A DNA stretch of 64,000 bases from contig OZ253462.1 in the NCBI GenBank assembly GCA_965261395.1, positions 32,001-96,000 on the forward strand, written 5' to 3'. Of the stretch, positions 17,761 to 26,501 are shown piece by piece. The translations under genes were made by a program, and so were the position numbers. The first letter of the stretch is position 1; each line of letters begins with the position of its first letter. Below the pieces are notes generated by a model. The model saw nothing but the letters and a program-made list of their open reading frames with translations. It was not told where the DNA came from and did not search any database. Origin of the DNA: Candidatus Latescibacterota bacterium. GTDB taxonomy: Bacteria; Latescibacterota; UBA2968; UBA8231.

Positions 17761-19146
17761 TCAATTTACGGGCATCCGCATTCCCACCAACCGCGTCCCC
17801 CCCTGTCGACCGTCCTGCCAACGCACCCGCATCATAAACGCATCCCCTGGTTCAATTTCCGCCAACGCATCCTCAAAATCACCCACCGTTTCTACTGGTT
17901 TGGAGTTGATCTCCTGAATGAGCATCCATCGACTCAAACCACGCCGTGATGCCTCGCTGCCGCGCTCCACGCGTGTGACCACAACTCCGTTCTCGTCTTC
18001 GTATCTTAGCCGCCGCGCTAGCGCATCGGTCAGTTCCTGTACCTTCAGGCCCAGCACCTCTTGTTCTGCGTCTGCGCCATCGCGGGAGCGGCTGGCGGCC
18101 AGCGCTCCCTCAGTCCGCAGCGCTAGCTCGACTTTAATGCGTTTCTCTTTGCCATCGCGCAACACCAGTAACTCGATTTCGGTCCCCGGTGCCGTGCGCC
18201 CAATCCGGTCGCGAAGTTCGGTTGAGTTGCGCATGGGTTGGCCATCAATAGCAAGTACTACATCGTCAACTTTGACGCCCGCTTTGTCCGCTGCTCCCCC
18301 CGGCGTCACTACATCGATCACCACGCCATGATTGCGGTCCAGCCCCATTGTCTCAGCCACTAGCGGTTCCAAGTCGTCGATAATCACGCCGAGCAAGCCA
18401 CGCCGCACCTCCCCGTGCTCAACCAACTGCGCGACCACGTCCTTGACCAAGTTGATCGGAATGGCAAAGCCAAGACCTATATTGCCGCCGCTGCGACTGA
18501 CGATGGCCGTGTTGATCCCGATCAACTCGCCGCGCAGGTTGACCAGCGCACCGCCGCTGTTGCCAGGATTGATCGCCGCGTCGGTCTGGATAAAAGAGCC
18601 GTACTCGCCAAAGAAGCGTCCCCGCCCCAAGGCACTGATGATGCCAGTCGTTACGGAATGGGCAAATCTCATGGGGTTTCCTATGGCCAGCACCCATTCG
18701 CCCTCCCGGAGCTGGTCCGAATCACCCATTGCGACCGTCGGCAAATCCTCGGCGGCGACCTTGAGCACGGCAATATCGCTCAGGGGATCGCGGCCGACGA
18801 TCTCGGCTTCAAAGAAGCGCGAATCCGTCATCTCGACGCGGATATTGTCGGCGTGGCGAATCACGTGGTTGTTGGTGAGGATGTACTGATTGCCGCTGAA
18901 GTTGATGATTACTCCCGAGCCTTGGCCATCGCGTTCGCGTGGCTGGTCAGGCTCCCCCCAAGGGGCGCGCCCCTCGACATTGATTGTGCCTTCCGTAGTG
19001 ATCTTTACGACGCTGGGCTTGACCTGTGCAGCGACTTCGGCGAAGCCGTCGCTCATCTGGCGCAGGAGCTCCATATTCTCGCTAGCTCGGGCACTGCCAG
19101 CCACGGTGAGGCTTAAAATGATCAGGGAAATGCAAAACTTCCGCAT
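17761..19146 (-). CDS. degP: Do/DegP/DegQ (HtrA) serine protease with two PDZ domains
   Basis: GSGVII, LTNNHVI, DIAVLK, IQTDAAINPGNSGGAL. Signal peptide from ATG at 19146. Confidence 0.93.
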   Translation of the reverse strand: MRKFCISLIILSLTVAGSARASENMELLRQMSDGFAEVAAQVKPSVVKITTEGTINVEGRAPWGEPDQPRERDGQGSGVIINFSGNQYILTNNHVIRHADNIRVEMTDSRFFEAEIVGRDPLSDIAVLKVAAEDLPTVAMGDSDQLREGEWVLAIGNPMRFAHSVTTGIISALGRGRFFGEYGSFIQTDAAINPGNSGGALVNLRGELIGINTAIVSRSGGNIGLGFAIPINLVKDVVAQLVEHGEVRRGLLGVIIDDLEPLVAETMGLDRNHGVVIDVVTPGGAADKAGVKVDDVVLAIDGQPMRNSTELRDRIGRTAPGTEIELLVLRDGKEKRIKVELALRTEGALAASRSRDGADAEQEVLGLKVQELTDALARRLRYEDENGVVVTRVERGSEASRRGLSRWMLIQEINSKPVETVGDFEDALAEIEPGDAFMMRVRWQDGRQGGTRLVGMRMPVN

Positions 19147-19461
19147 GGGTATTTCCTCTCTGAAAAAGGATTGAAAGTACGGATAATTTTCAATGTTCAC
19201 AAAAAAAGACGACAATCGCTAGCGCGCGGTTCCCGCTTTAGCAGCTATCTGGAAATTTCGCTATGACCCGAGTGCGAGCGCTTATACTCCGACTTTAGGC
19301 GGTGCAATCTCGGTTCCCTCTCAGAAGTCGGCTTTGCCTGTCCGAATGATTGCAAATAGCGTACCATCGCCGATCATGCCTCTTTTTGACACATTTTGCC
19401 CGTCTAATGAGACATCGTGGGACTCAAGAGGTTGGAATGGGCAAAAAAGACCGAGGAGCCG

Positions 19462-20904
19462 TCAGACGAGACTCAGGCGAAAGAACAGCACGGAAATGGC
19501 GGTGCCCTTAGCTATCCTCGGGAAGATGCCGCCGCGCGTGGCGAGGCTGGTCTCTAAGAAGTGGACCTGCACAGACGACAGCACAAACGGGCCGAAGGCA
19601 AAACCGATCGCCGAGCTGCTGCTCCGCCCGCCCAGCGACAAGCCCATGCGGGCCGGCAACCAGTCCGCCAGCCAGTACTCGACTCCGCCGGCCAGCCGCG
19701 GCCGAGTCCGCATCCCAAACTTAGAACTGAACGCCTGGTCCCAATTGCCAACCACCGTTAGCTGGGGCGTGGCCTGATAGGCTACCCCGAGCCGCAGCAT
19801 GGCCGGCAGCGAGCGCGAGAACGGCTTTTGGCCGATTTGCTTGGTGAAGTCTGGGTCGCCGTCGCCGTCGAAATCCGGGTTGTCGAATACTTCCTCAATG
19901 GACCGCGAGTCCGCGTCCAAGAAGCGGGAGATGCGCAATTCGTTGGCCGAGAGAAAAATGGAATCTTGGCGCGCTCCCCTGCTCCAAGAGAAGGTGTCGA
20001 GCAGGTTGAGCACACTGAAGCTGAAGGTCGTCTGGCGGCTTTTACTCCGGCCAGCAATGCCAACATCGAGGCCAATGCCGAGGCCCATTTTAGCGTGCTG
20101 GGCAATCAGCCAAGCGTCCGCCTCGGCACCGCCGACGTGCGCCACGAGCCCGGTGCCGCCAGATTCGATGATTTCTCCATAGCTGCCCATCGAGAGCTTG
20201 AGCGTACTGCCAACTGTGAACTCGCTTAGATAGGGGGCGAGACGAACTGGCAGTGCGGGCCTCGCCGCGGCGACATTGAGCGTGCCCACGGCCCATCCCG
20301 ATCCATTCCAGTCGCTGATGTCGTACCCTTCGCTCTTGCCGGCGGCCAAGCGGTCCTCTGCAAACTCGTTGCCAAAAAAGAAAAATTCTAATACGTCCTT
20401 GGGAATTTCGCTCTCGACCCCGCTGGTAAACCCCACGGCAATGGCCGAGCGCACTTGTCCGATGGCAAAGGCCACGCCCCCGTTGAGCGGGAGGCCTGCG
20501 ACGACCGTCGGCTCGATATCCCCGTTTATGCGCAATCCCGCGTCTGGGATGTCGGCTAACAGTTTCTTTTTTCTGACCGGGCTGATGTAGTACGGGCGGC
20601 CGTTGGGGGATACGCTATCGTTGGCGTCCGTGAAGTGGGCGTTGTACGCGGCAACCGACAAACTGTTGTTTTCGGCAACCAAGCAAAGGCCCGCGCCGAG
20701 CAAGTCCCAGGAGAACTTGCGGCTGTCCGTAAGCGCTAAGTTCGCCGGGTTCCAGAAGACGGCTTCCGGCCCCCGAGCTAGGGCGGTATAGGCTTGTCCC
20801 AGCGCCATGGCCCGGGGGCTGGCGTCGCCGGGAACGGCGGCCACCGGCCCGTAGACCCCGGCGACGAGCAGGGCCGTTAGAACGATTAATCCCTTGCCTT
20901 GCAC
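19462..20904 (-). CDS. Outer-membrane beta-barrel of the FadL/PorV/DUF5723-like clan
   Basis: Signal peptide, RAMALGQAYTALARGPEAVFWNPANL motif and alternating C-terminal strands. Confidence 0.65.
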   Translation of the reverse strand: MQGKGLIVLTALLVAGVYGPVAAVPGDASPRAMALGQAYTALARGPEAVFWNPANLALTDSRKFSWDLLGAGLCLVAENNSLSVAAYNAHFTDANDSVSPNGRPYYISPVRKKKLLADIPDAGLRINGDIEPTVVAGLPLNGGVAFAIGQVRSAIAVGFTSGVESEIPKDVLEFFFFGNEFAEDRLAAGKSEGYDISDWNGSGWAVGTLNVAAARPALPVRLAPYLSEFTVGSTLKLSMGSYGEIIESGGTGLVAHVGGAEADAWLIAQHAKMGLGIGLDVGIAGRSKSRQTTFSFSVLNLLDTFSWSRGARQDSIFLSANELRISRFLDADSRSIEEVFDNPDFDGDGDPDFTKQIGQKPFSRSLPAMLRLGVAYQATPQLTVVGNWDQAFSSKFGMRTRPRLAGGVEYWLADWLPARMGLSLGGRSSSSAIGFAFGPFVLSSVQVHFLETSLATRGGIFPRIAKGTAISVLFFRLSLV

Positions 20905-20911
20905 CTGTACC

Positions 20912-22483
20912 CTACTCGATCAAGTCCTCGTTGAATTCCATGAAAATCACCGCTCCAGCCTCCACGGCGATGAAGTCGCTCCCCCGCATCACTACCTCGC
21001 GCGACGTCTTTTCCAACTCGACCAATATACCCGTATAGACACCGTCCTCCTGCAGAAAGACCTCTACCTCTTCGTCCGAGAGCGCGATCCGTTGGTGGCT
21101 GAATGCACTTGCTACAACCTGCCCTGCGGGGCCGACATCGCCGGCACCCACCACAAAGGAACCCTGCTTGGGAATCCGCAAATAGCCGTTGGCCTCGCTG
21201 TCGGCGAATAGGTCTTCGCTGCCGTACACATCTTCGGCCCTCGGTGAGACCCACAGGCTGACGCGGATCGCGGTGGGCAGGTGATTTTCAATCGTGGTAA
21301 CTACGGCGGCACTGTCGAGACCCGAGTGGATGCGGCGGCGGGCATCGTCGTCCTGTAGGCGGCGGAAGATCGGGTCGAACTCGATGCGGGTGTCTTCTTC
21401 TATTTGAAAATGGCCCTGCGTGGCAAAGCGCACCTGGTCGATCTGCACCCAATGACTGGAGTCAATCACCTCCACGGACTCGCCGTCGCCGATGCGCACA
21501 GTCGGCGCGACCGCGACTTCAGTCGGCAGCAGGTTGAGAAACTCGGTCAGCTCTGCGGAGGCCAGCGACAAGGTGAGTGCTACCGGGTGGTCTGGGTCGC
21601 CGCGCTGGAACATTGTGGAAATCATCAGGGAACCCTGCTCACCGTGACTGTTAGTACCTTCGATCTGGAGGTCAATGCGGCTGCGGAAACCAACGCCCGA
21701 CGTCAAGCCGACTTCTAGGGCAACCGAGTTGAAGGCGATCTGGTCTAAGCCCGCGGGAAAATTGATCATGCGGGCGACCGGTGCGACCGGCAGCAGGACC
21801 TCGTCGAGCACTCCCTCGACGCGGCTGAAGAGCAAACTCTCGGTCTCCGCTTCTAGCAGCAGTTCGTCGGTGGCGACAGCCTCGGCCAACTCGCCCTGCA
21901 CTCGGTATGAAAACCGCAATTCGAGGGGGTTCTGCGGGGCAAATTCGCTGCCGGCCAAGTCAAAGAGCACCACTTTGCTCTCGTTGGGGGCAAGCGCGTC
22001 GATGAGGAAGGCATGGGGCGTGCCGTCCGGCCTTGTGACATCGTCCAAGACCAGCTCGACCTGCAAAGGGATCGCGGTCTGGTTGGTCGCCTTGATAGTC
22101 AGACCGCCCTCGGCGATGACTGCGTGCGCAATTTGGATGCGGTCGTCGGCAAAGGCGAGGACCTCGGTCTTGGCAATGGCATCGTCAGCCGGCCCAATCG
22201 GCACTGCCAAGGCCGTGGAGACGAGCGCGACGCGAAGGCGGTCGCCGACTTCCTCGCGGTGGTTGAAGTCCGCGGTAAAATCTACCGCCAGCAGGCCCTC
22301 GTCGTCGATCTTCAGGAAGTCGGCGCGCTCGGCGGCCAAGTCCTGCACCGTCGTCCGATCGTCGGCGACCGGGATGCTGATCTGGAAATTGGTGCTGGGA
22401 ATTTGGGGGGGGGTTACCGCACAGCCCGTCAACGCTCCGGCTCCTAGGAGCGCACTCAACCATCGGCACGGTACGGCAATCAT
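20912..22483 (-). CDS. Hypothetical acidic beta-rich lipoprotein
   Basis: Lipobox LTGC. Ends 7 nt before the downstream barrel gene. Confidence 0.7.
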   Translation of the reverse strand: MIAVPCRWLSALLGAGALTGCAVTPPQIPSTNFQISIPVADDRTTVQDLAAERADFLKIDDEGLLAVDFTADFNHREEVGDRLRVALVSTALAVPIGPADDAIAKTEVLAFADDRIQIAHAVIAEGGLTIKATNQTAIPLQVELVLDDVTRPDGTPHAFLIDALAPNESKVVLFDLAGSEFAPQNPLELRFSYRVQGELAEAVATDELLLEAETESLLFSRVEGVLDEVLLPVAPVARMINFPAGLDQIAFNSVALEVGLTSGVGFRSRIDLQIEGTNSHGEQGSLMISTMFQRGDPDHPVALTLSLASAELTEFLNLLPTEVAVAPTVRIGDGESVEVIDSSHWVQIDQVRFATQGHFQIEEDTRIEFDPIFRRLQDDDARRRIHSGLDSAAVVTTIENHLPTAIRVSLWVSPRAEDVYGSEDLFADSEANGYLRIPKQGSFVVGAGDVGPAGQVVASAFSHQRIALSDEEVEVFLQEDGVYTGILVELEKTSREVVMRGSDFIAVEAGAVIFMEFNEDLIE

Positions 22484-22502
22484 CGGCTAGCCGCTCAAGG
22501 CT

Positions 22503-23669
22503 CTATTTGATCCCCACGGCCTGGCGCAGCGGCTCAACCTTGTCGGGCCGTTCCCAGACGAACTCCGGCTCCTCGCGTCCAAAATGGCCGTAGTTGGTGG
22601 TTTTCCGGTAGATGGGTCGCCTCAGTTGTAGGGCCTCAATGATGCCTCTCGGGGTTAGGTGAAAGACCTTTTCCACGGCCGCGGCAATCTTCTCGTCGGG
22701 CGCGACGCCGGTGCCAAAGGTATCGACCCGCACGGATACGGGTGCGGCCACGCCAATGGCATAGGCTAGTTGTACTTGGCAGCGGGCGGCCAAGCGAGCG
22801 GCCACCACGTTCTTGGCCACGTAGCGCGCCATGTAGTGGGCACTGCGGTCCACCTTGCTGGGGTCCTTGCCGGAAAAGGCACCCCCGCCGTGAGGGCACG
22901 CGCCCCCGTAGGTGTCGACGATAATCTTGCGGCCGGTCAATCCGCAGTCGCCGTGCGGCCCGCCGATGACAAAGCGACCCGTGGGGTTGACGTGGTATTG
23001 GGTGCCTACGTCGAGCAGGTGAGCGGGAATTACTTCTTTTATGACCTGTTCAATCATGTCTTTTTCGATCTGCGCGTGACTGGCCTCGGGAGCGTGTTGG
23101 GTCGAGAGGACCACGGCCCCTACCCGCACGGGCTGACCGTCGTCGTACTCGACGCTGACCTGAGACTTGGCGTCCGGGCGCAGATAGGGAATTTTCTCGT
23201 CCTTGCGCAGCCGCGTCAGGTGCTGCATCAGCGCGTGCGCGAGGGTAATGGGCAGCGGCATGAGCTGGGGGGTTTCGCGACAGGCATAGCCAAACATCAT
23301 GCCTTGGTCGCCAGCGCCCTCTTCCTTGTGCAGCCCCTCGCCTGCGTTGACGCCTTGGGCTATATCGGGTGATTGCTGGTCCAAGGCCACGAGAATAGCG
23401 CACGAGCTAAAGTCAAAGCCCTGTTCGGGATCGCAATAGCCAATATCGGCGATGACCTGCCTGGCGAGGGCCTCGATGTCTAGGCGAGCCTCGCTTTTAA
23501 CCTCGCCGGCGACGACGACCCGGCCGGTGGTAACGAGGGTCTCGCAGGCAACTCGTGCGTTGGAGTCCTCGGCGAGCATGGCGTCGAGCACGGCGTCGGA
23601 AATCTGGTCGGCGACTTTGTCGGGGTGCCCCTCGGACACGGACTCGGAAGTAAACATGTATTTAGACAT
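22503..23669 (-). CDS. metK: S-adenosylmethionine synthetase
   Basis: [35 protein letters not shown]. Confidence 0.97.
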   Translation of the reverse strand: MSKYMFTSESVSEGHPDKVADQISDAVLDAMLAEDSNARVACETLVTTGRVVVAGEVKSEARLDIEALARQVIADIGYCDPEQGFDFSSCAILVALDQQSPDIAQGVNAGEGLHKEEGAGDQGMMFGYACRETPQLMPLPITLAHALMQHLTRLRKDEKIPYLRPDAKSQVSVEYDDGQPVRVGAVVLSTQHAPEASHAQIEKDMIEQVIKEVIPAHLLDVGTQYHVNPTGRFVIGGPHGDCGLTGRKIIVDTYGGACPHGGGAFSGKDPSKVDRSAHYMARYVAKNVVAARLAARCQVQLAYAIGVAAPVSVRVDTFGTGVAPDEKIAAAVEKVFHLTPRGIIEALQLRRPIYRKTTNYGHFGREEPEFVWERPDKVEPLRQAVGIK

Positions 23670-23688
23670 AGTGTATTCTCAAGCTCCT

Positions 23689-25455
23689 TCAGTGATGCCT
23701 CTGACGCCAGAAGGGTACGTATTCGCCGATGGCATCCTCCAAATGCCGCCGCACCTCAGCACCAGTGTCCATGGCCAAGCATTCGCTGGCGATCTGCTGT
23801 GCCTTTTCAGCGCGGATGGCGCGAATGACCTCCTTGACTTCCGGGATGAGCCCGGGGCTTAGGCTCAGACAATCCAGCCCGAGCCCGATCAAGAGCGTCG
23901 TGGCCAAAGGGTCGCCAGCCATCTCGCCGCAGATGCTCACGGGCGTGTTGGTGCGCTGGCCGCTGTCGGCGACCATCTTGATCAAGCGCAGGACCGCCGG
24001 GTGAAACGGGTCGTAGAGCCAAGCCACTTTGCTCATGCCGCGATCCACGGCCAACGCGTACTGGGTTAGGTCGTTGGTGCCGAGGCTAAAAAAATCTACT
24101 TCGTCAGCAAAGCGATCGGCCATCAAGGCCACGGACGGGACTTCGACCATAATGCCCAGCTTGCAATGCTCAGCAAAGGGTCGCCCCGCTGCCCGCAGTT
24201 CGTCTTTGGTTTCCTCCAGTAGCACCCGAATACGCCGCAGTTCGTTCAGGCTAGATATCATCGGCAATAAGATCTGCGCCTCGCCGTGTACTCCGGCCCT
24301 GAGCAGGGCGCGTAGTTGCGTCTTGAACAGGTCTGGGGTATCGAGGCAAATGCGGATGCCGCGCCACCCCAAGAAGGGATTGGCCTCGGGCGGCACCTCC
24401 AAGACGTGGGACAGCTTGTCGCCGCCCAAGTCCATGGTGCGAATCACCACCGGATGCGGGACCAGCGATTCGACGAGGGCAGAATAGACCTTGAACTGCT
24501 CCTCCTCGGAGGGCAAGCGGTAGTTGAGATACAGGAACTCGGTGCGGTACATGCCCACGCCGCAGGCACCGTGGTCGAGCGCCGCTTGCACTTCAGTATG
24601 CACATCGACATTGGCCATCAATGCGATTTCCTGCCCGTCTCGGGTAACGGCGGGCAGGTTGCGACGCCGCTCTAGGTCGCGCTCGCGCCGCAGCTGACGC
24701 CGGCGACGCGCCCGATAGCGCCGCTCGCCGAGGGCATCGGGCCGCAGGTGGACCTGGCCTTCGTTGCCATCGACGACCACCAAGTCGCCGTCTGCCACTT
24801 GCCGCGAACAATCGCCGGTACCAACGACCGTGGGTAGCTGCAACGAGCGGGCGATGATGGCCGTATGTGAAGCCGCGCCGCCAGCATCGAGCACCACGCC
24901 TTTGATCCGGCGGCGCTCTAGGCGCACCATCTCCGAGGGCAGCAAGTCGTGGGCTAGGACAATCGTGTTGGCGCGCAGCGAATCGAGCGCTTTGACCTCG
25001 CCTCCCGCCAACCGCATCAACACCTGATTTTCGATATCCGCGACGTCGCTTATCCGCGCCCGCAGGTATTCGTTTTCAATGTTGCCGAAGGCCTCCTTGA
25101 CTCTCTCCAACTCTTGGGCGTACGCCCGCTCGGCTGAATAGTTCTTGCCGAGGATCAACGCCTCGGTGCGCTCTATGATGGATGGATCTTCTAGCATGGC
25201 TAGCTGGGCGTCGAATATCTGCGCCAGCTCCTCTCCCTGCTCGCTGGCGACCCAGCGGCGAATGCGCCGAATCTCGTCCCCGGCCTGGTGGAGTATGTTG
25301 CGGAAACGCTCGACCTCCGCCCCAACCAAGTGCTGCGCCACGCGTCGGCGGGTGATGACCGGGGCCCGCTTGTGATATGCGAAAGCCCGACCAATGCCAA
25401 TGCCGGGGGAGACGCATATCCCATCGAAAACCCTATGTGCGCTGGTCGTGGTCAA
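23689..25455 (-). CDS. ptsI: PEP-protein phosphotransferase (PTS enzyme I)
   Basis: SHTAII phospho-His, RTEFL, EANPFLGWRGIR, GTNDLTQY, CGEMAGDP. Confidence 0.95.
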   Translation of the reverse strand: MTTTSAHRVFDGICVSPGIGIGRAFAYHKRAPVITRRRVAQHLVGAEVERFRNILHQAGDEIRRIRRWVASEQGEELAQIFDAQLAMLEDPSIIERTEALILGKNYSAERAYAQELERVKEAFGNIENEYLRARISDVADIENQVLMRLAGGEVKALDSLRANTIVLAHDLLPSEMVRLERRRIKGVVLDAGGAASHTAIIARSLQLPTVVGTGDCSRQVADGDLVVVDGNEGQVHLRPDALGERRYRARRRRQLRRERDLERRRNLPAVTRDGQEIALMANVDVHTEVQAALDHGACGVGMYRTEFLYLNYRLPSEEEQFKVYSALVESLVPHPVVIRTMDLGGDKLSHVLEVPPEANPFLGWRGIRICLDTPDLFKTQLRALLRAGVHGEAQILLPMISSLNELRRIRVLLEETKDELRAAGRPFAEHCKLGIMVEVPSVALMADRFADEVDFFSLGTNDLTQYALAVDRGMSKVAWLYDPFHPAVLRLIKMVADSGQRTNTPVSICGEMAGDPLATTLLIGLGLDCLSLSPGLIPEVKEVIRAIRAEKAQQIASECLAMDTGAEVRRHLEDAIGEYVPFWRQRHH

Positions 25456-25724
25456 GTTTGCCCCTCGAATGTGCTCTCCAGCAGGGAGACCATGGCCTCG
25501 ATGGCCGCGTCCTCGTCCTCGCCCTCGGCCCGGACGGCGACTTGGGCACCTTGCTCGGCGGCCAGCATCATCACGCCCATGATGCTTTTGCCGTTGACCC
25601 CATCGACGTCGCCTTTGGAGAGATGAATGTCGGCCTTGAATTGGGCCGCAGTCTGCACCAAGAGCGCGGCTGGACGAGCGTGAATACCCAGCGGATTGTT
25701 GATCGTGGCCGTCTTTTCAACCAT
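25452..25724 (-). CDS. ptsH: Phosphocarrier protein HPr
   Basis: GIHARPAA (His15) and NGKSIMGVMML (Ser46). Confidence 0.95.
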   Translation of the reverse strand: MVEKTATINNPLGIHARPAALLVQTAAQFKADIHLSKGDVDGVNGKSIMGVMMLAAEQGAQVAVRAEGEDEDAAIEAMVSLLESTFEGQT

Positions 25725-25742
25725 GGCCCATTGCTACTCCTG

Positions 25743-26489
25743 TCATTCTTTTGCGTGTACTGCTTGGCTCAGGGCGCACAAGCGCTGCTGATCGTCTTCG
25801 ACGACGCTGCCCGTGACGACGAAGCCCGCACCGGCCTCCACCTTGGCCCGCGCCACCCCTGGGTCGCGAATGCCGCCACCGACGACAACCGGCACCGAGA
25901 CGCAATCGGCTACCGCGCTCACCATTTCGTCGGGCACAGCAGCGCACGCGCCGCTGCCGGTCTCTAGATAAATAAGCCGCATGCCCAAGTACTCGGCTGC
26001 CAAGGCGTGGGCCATGGCAATGTCGATCTTGTCGCGCGGAATGGGCCGGGTATCGCTCATAAATTCCACGGAAGTCAGGGTCCCGGACTCGACCAGCATA
26101 TACCCGGTGGGAATGGCCTCAATGCCGTACTCGCGGATCAAGGGGGCGGCCTTGACGTGCTCGCCGATCAAGAGCTCGGGGTTGCGCCCGCTGACCAGCG
26201 ACAGGAAGAGGATCGCATCGGCCGTGGGCACCACCTGACCCGAGCTCCCGGGAAAGCTGATCACCGGCACATCGACCTTGGCCCGGACGCGCTCGAAACA
26301 GATCGCGTTGCGAGACGAGAACATCAGGCTCGTGCCGATGAGGATGGCGTCGGCCCCGGCCGCAACGCAGCGCTGGGCGCGAGCCTCCAATTCGTCTGGA
26401 GCCAACCGATCTGGATCTAGCAAGGGCAGATAGCCAGCGCCACGGCGGTGGCGGATGTCCAGTAGGTATTGCAGTACGCTGCTAGTCAC
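25743..26489 (-). CDS. Geranylgeranylglyceryl phosphate synthase (group II PcrB/GGGPS family)
   Basis: LLDPD, FPG, DAILFLSLVSGRNPELLIGEHV, PTGYMLVESG, IYLETGSGA, VGGGIR. Confidence 0.9.
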   Translation of the reverse strand: MTSSVLQYLLDIRHRRGAGYLPLLDPDRLAPDELEARAQRCVAAGADAILIGTSLMFSSRNAICFERVRAKVDVPVISFPGSSGQVVPTADAILFLSLVSGRNPELLIGEHVKAAPLIREYGIEAIPTGYMLVESGTLTSVEFMSDTRPIPRDKIDIAMAHALAAEYLGMRLIYLETGSGACAAVPDEMVSAVADCVSVPVVVGGGIRDPGVARAKVEAGAGFVVTGSVVEDDQQRLCALSQAVHAKE

Positions 26490-26501
26490 GAATCAGCTCG
26501 C

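Noticed and set aside
19394-19446. Imperfect hairpin TTTTGCCCGT...ATGGGCAAAA downstream of the barrel gene
   Set aside because: Probably an ordinary terminator or stabilising hairpin. It has a single copy here and no further support.
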